DNA of 64,000 nucleotides from an uncultured Candidatus Peribacteria bacterium (lineage in GTDB: Bacteria; Patescibacteriota; Gracilibacteria; Peribacterales; Peribacteraceae). The stretch lies in contig CAZSWJ010000001.1 in the NCBI GenBank assembly GCA_964611095.1, forward strand, positions 31,735 through 95,734, given 5' to 3'. The number at the start of each line of letters is the position of its first letter. Position 1 is the stretch's first letter. Below the pieces are notes generated by a model. It was not told where the DNA came from. It saw only the letters and a program-made list of their open reading frames with translations, and searched no databases. A program made the position numbers and the translations under genes. Positions 63,039 through 64,000 of the stretch are shown here, in pieces.

Positions 63039-63197
63039 CGAGTGCGGAGGCGATTGTACCGTTCCACCCGAATCGATCAAGAGGTCTTCTCGCACGAGTC
63101 GTCCGAAATCATCAAAGAGCGAATAGCTCATAAGGCTTCCTTTCCGCCACACCGAGTTTTTGCCGTCCGTTGGCAAAAATTGATAGGATTGCATGAA

Positions 63198-63686
63198 ATG
63201 ATTCCTTCTCCTTTCCACGGTATCTTTTCCTCGTCACTCGGCGCGGATAAAGAGAGCGCGGCTCTTTTGGCAAAATTGAAGGCCAAAGAAAAGGAGATGA
63301 ACGCCGATATTCCCGCAGCCAAAGCCGCTCCCGTGCCCGCCCAGCCGGGCAAGGCGACGGGCGTGGGCCAAGTCGCGCTCGACGTGTTCGAGTACGAGGA
63401 TTACTACATCATCAAGGCTCCCATCGCCGGCGTGCGTCTCTCCGATTTGGACATCGACGTCAGCGAAAACACCATCACCATCCGCGGAGCGCGCAGGCAG
63501 ACCGACAACATTCCCGCCAACCAGTACTACGTTCAGGAATGTTTCTGGGGTGACTTCGAGCGCAAGGTGACGCTGCCGTCGTCCATCGATCCGCGCAAGG
63601 TGAAGGCGACGTTCAACAAAGAGAGCATCCTCAAAATCCTCGTCCCCAAGGAGGACAAGGTCAAAATCATCCGCATCAACGATTAA
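63198..63686 (+). CDS. HSP20/alpha-crystallin small heat-shock protein
   Basis: From ATG 63198. ALDVFEYEDYYIIKAPIAGV...ITIRGAR...FERKVTLP...ILKILVPK. Confidence 0.85.
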   Translation: MIPSPFHGIFSSSLGADKESAALLAKLKAKEKEMNADIPAAKAAPVPAQPGKATGVGQVALDVFEYEDYYIIKAPIAGVRLSDLDIDVSENTITIRGARRQTDNIPANQYYVQECFWGDFERKVTLPSSIDPRKVKATFNKESILKILVPKEDKVKIIRIND

Positions 63687-63761
63687 GAAACCTTCAGGAA
63701 AGCCATGGACGCGGAGTTCGTCGCTGCTTCATACTGCTCCCCTGTTTTTCCCTCCTTGTTC

Positions 63762-64000
63762 ATGACTCGCCTTCTCGCCGTTTTCTTCGCCTGTCTCGTC
63801 ATCGCATCGTGCGGCAATGCGCAGCAAGCCGCCATGGATTACACAGTCGCGCTTCAGTACATGAACGGCGAAGGCGTCGCGAAAGACGAAAAGAAGGGAA
63901 TGGAATTCCTCACCAAGGCGGCCGAGGGTGGTAATGCGGATGCGCAGCTCATGCTCGGCTTTTACCTCATCAAAGGAGAAGGCGTGACGCAGGACGCCGC
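63762..64000 (+). CDS. Sel1-repeat lipoprotein (partial, runs off the window)
   Basis: MTRLLAVFFACLVIASC lipobox, then GEGVAKDEKKGMEFLTKAAEGGNADAQLMLGFYL Sel1-like repeats. Open at 64000. Confidence 0.65.
   Translation, partial: MTRLLAVFFACLVIASCGNAQQAAMDYTVALQYMNGEGVAKDEKKGMEFLTKAAEGGNADAQLMLGFYLIKGEGVTQDA

Overview
GC-rich bacterial chromosomal window, tightly packed and mostly coding. GC looks like the high 50s % by eye; I did not compute it. Housekeeping genes I recognise from motifs: cyclophilin PPIase, gltX, murB, ssb, dnaE, tsaC/yrdC, nrdR, aspS, pyrF, comM/yifB, yraN, glgP-type alpha-glucan phosphorylase, PMM/PGM, recJ, an XRE regulator, HSP20, tRNA-Leu(TAG) and tRNA-Asp(GTC). Between them sit several accessory or unusual blocks. 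(1) A five-gene, translationally coupled operon (5.5-13.8 kb) encodes only signal-peptide or anchored Cys-rich proteins with no domain I can recognise. (2) An eight-gene minus-strand glycan locus (22.9-34.3 kb) has a Wzm/Wzt-type ABC exporter, two GT39-like membrane transferases, a GT4, four FkbM-type methyltransferase modules and a sulfotransferase. It is divergent from a mini-nucleotidyltransferase/APS-kinase pair. (3) A four-gene operon has a calpain-like Cys-His-Asn protease and a 728-aa charged protein. (4) A family of low-complexity, stop-rich inverted-repeat hairpins sits at gene 3' ends; two of them carry four-helix-bundle (23S-IVS-protein-like) ORFs in the loop. (5) Next to a triplicated tRNA-Asp locus lies a duplicated ~0.75-kb cassette plus a low-GC DKNYY-repeat gene bounded by ~59-nt direct repeats. 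Many genes lack a Shine-Dalgarno and have a TAnnnT hexamer 6-9 nt before the start codon, which suggests leaderless transcripts. The many very long ORFs antisense to real genes are treated as GC-driven shadow ORFs. Lineage cannot be determined from the sequence alone. All homology calls rest on motifs read by eye, not on searches.
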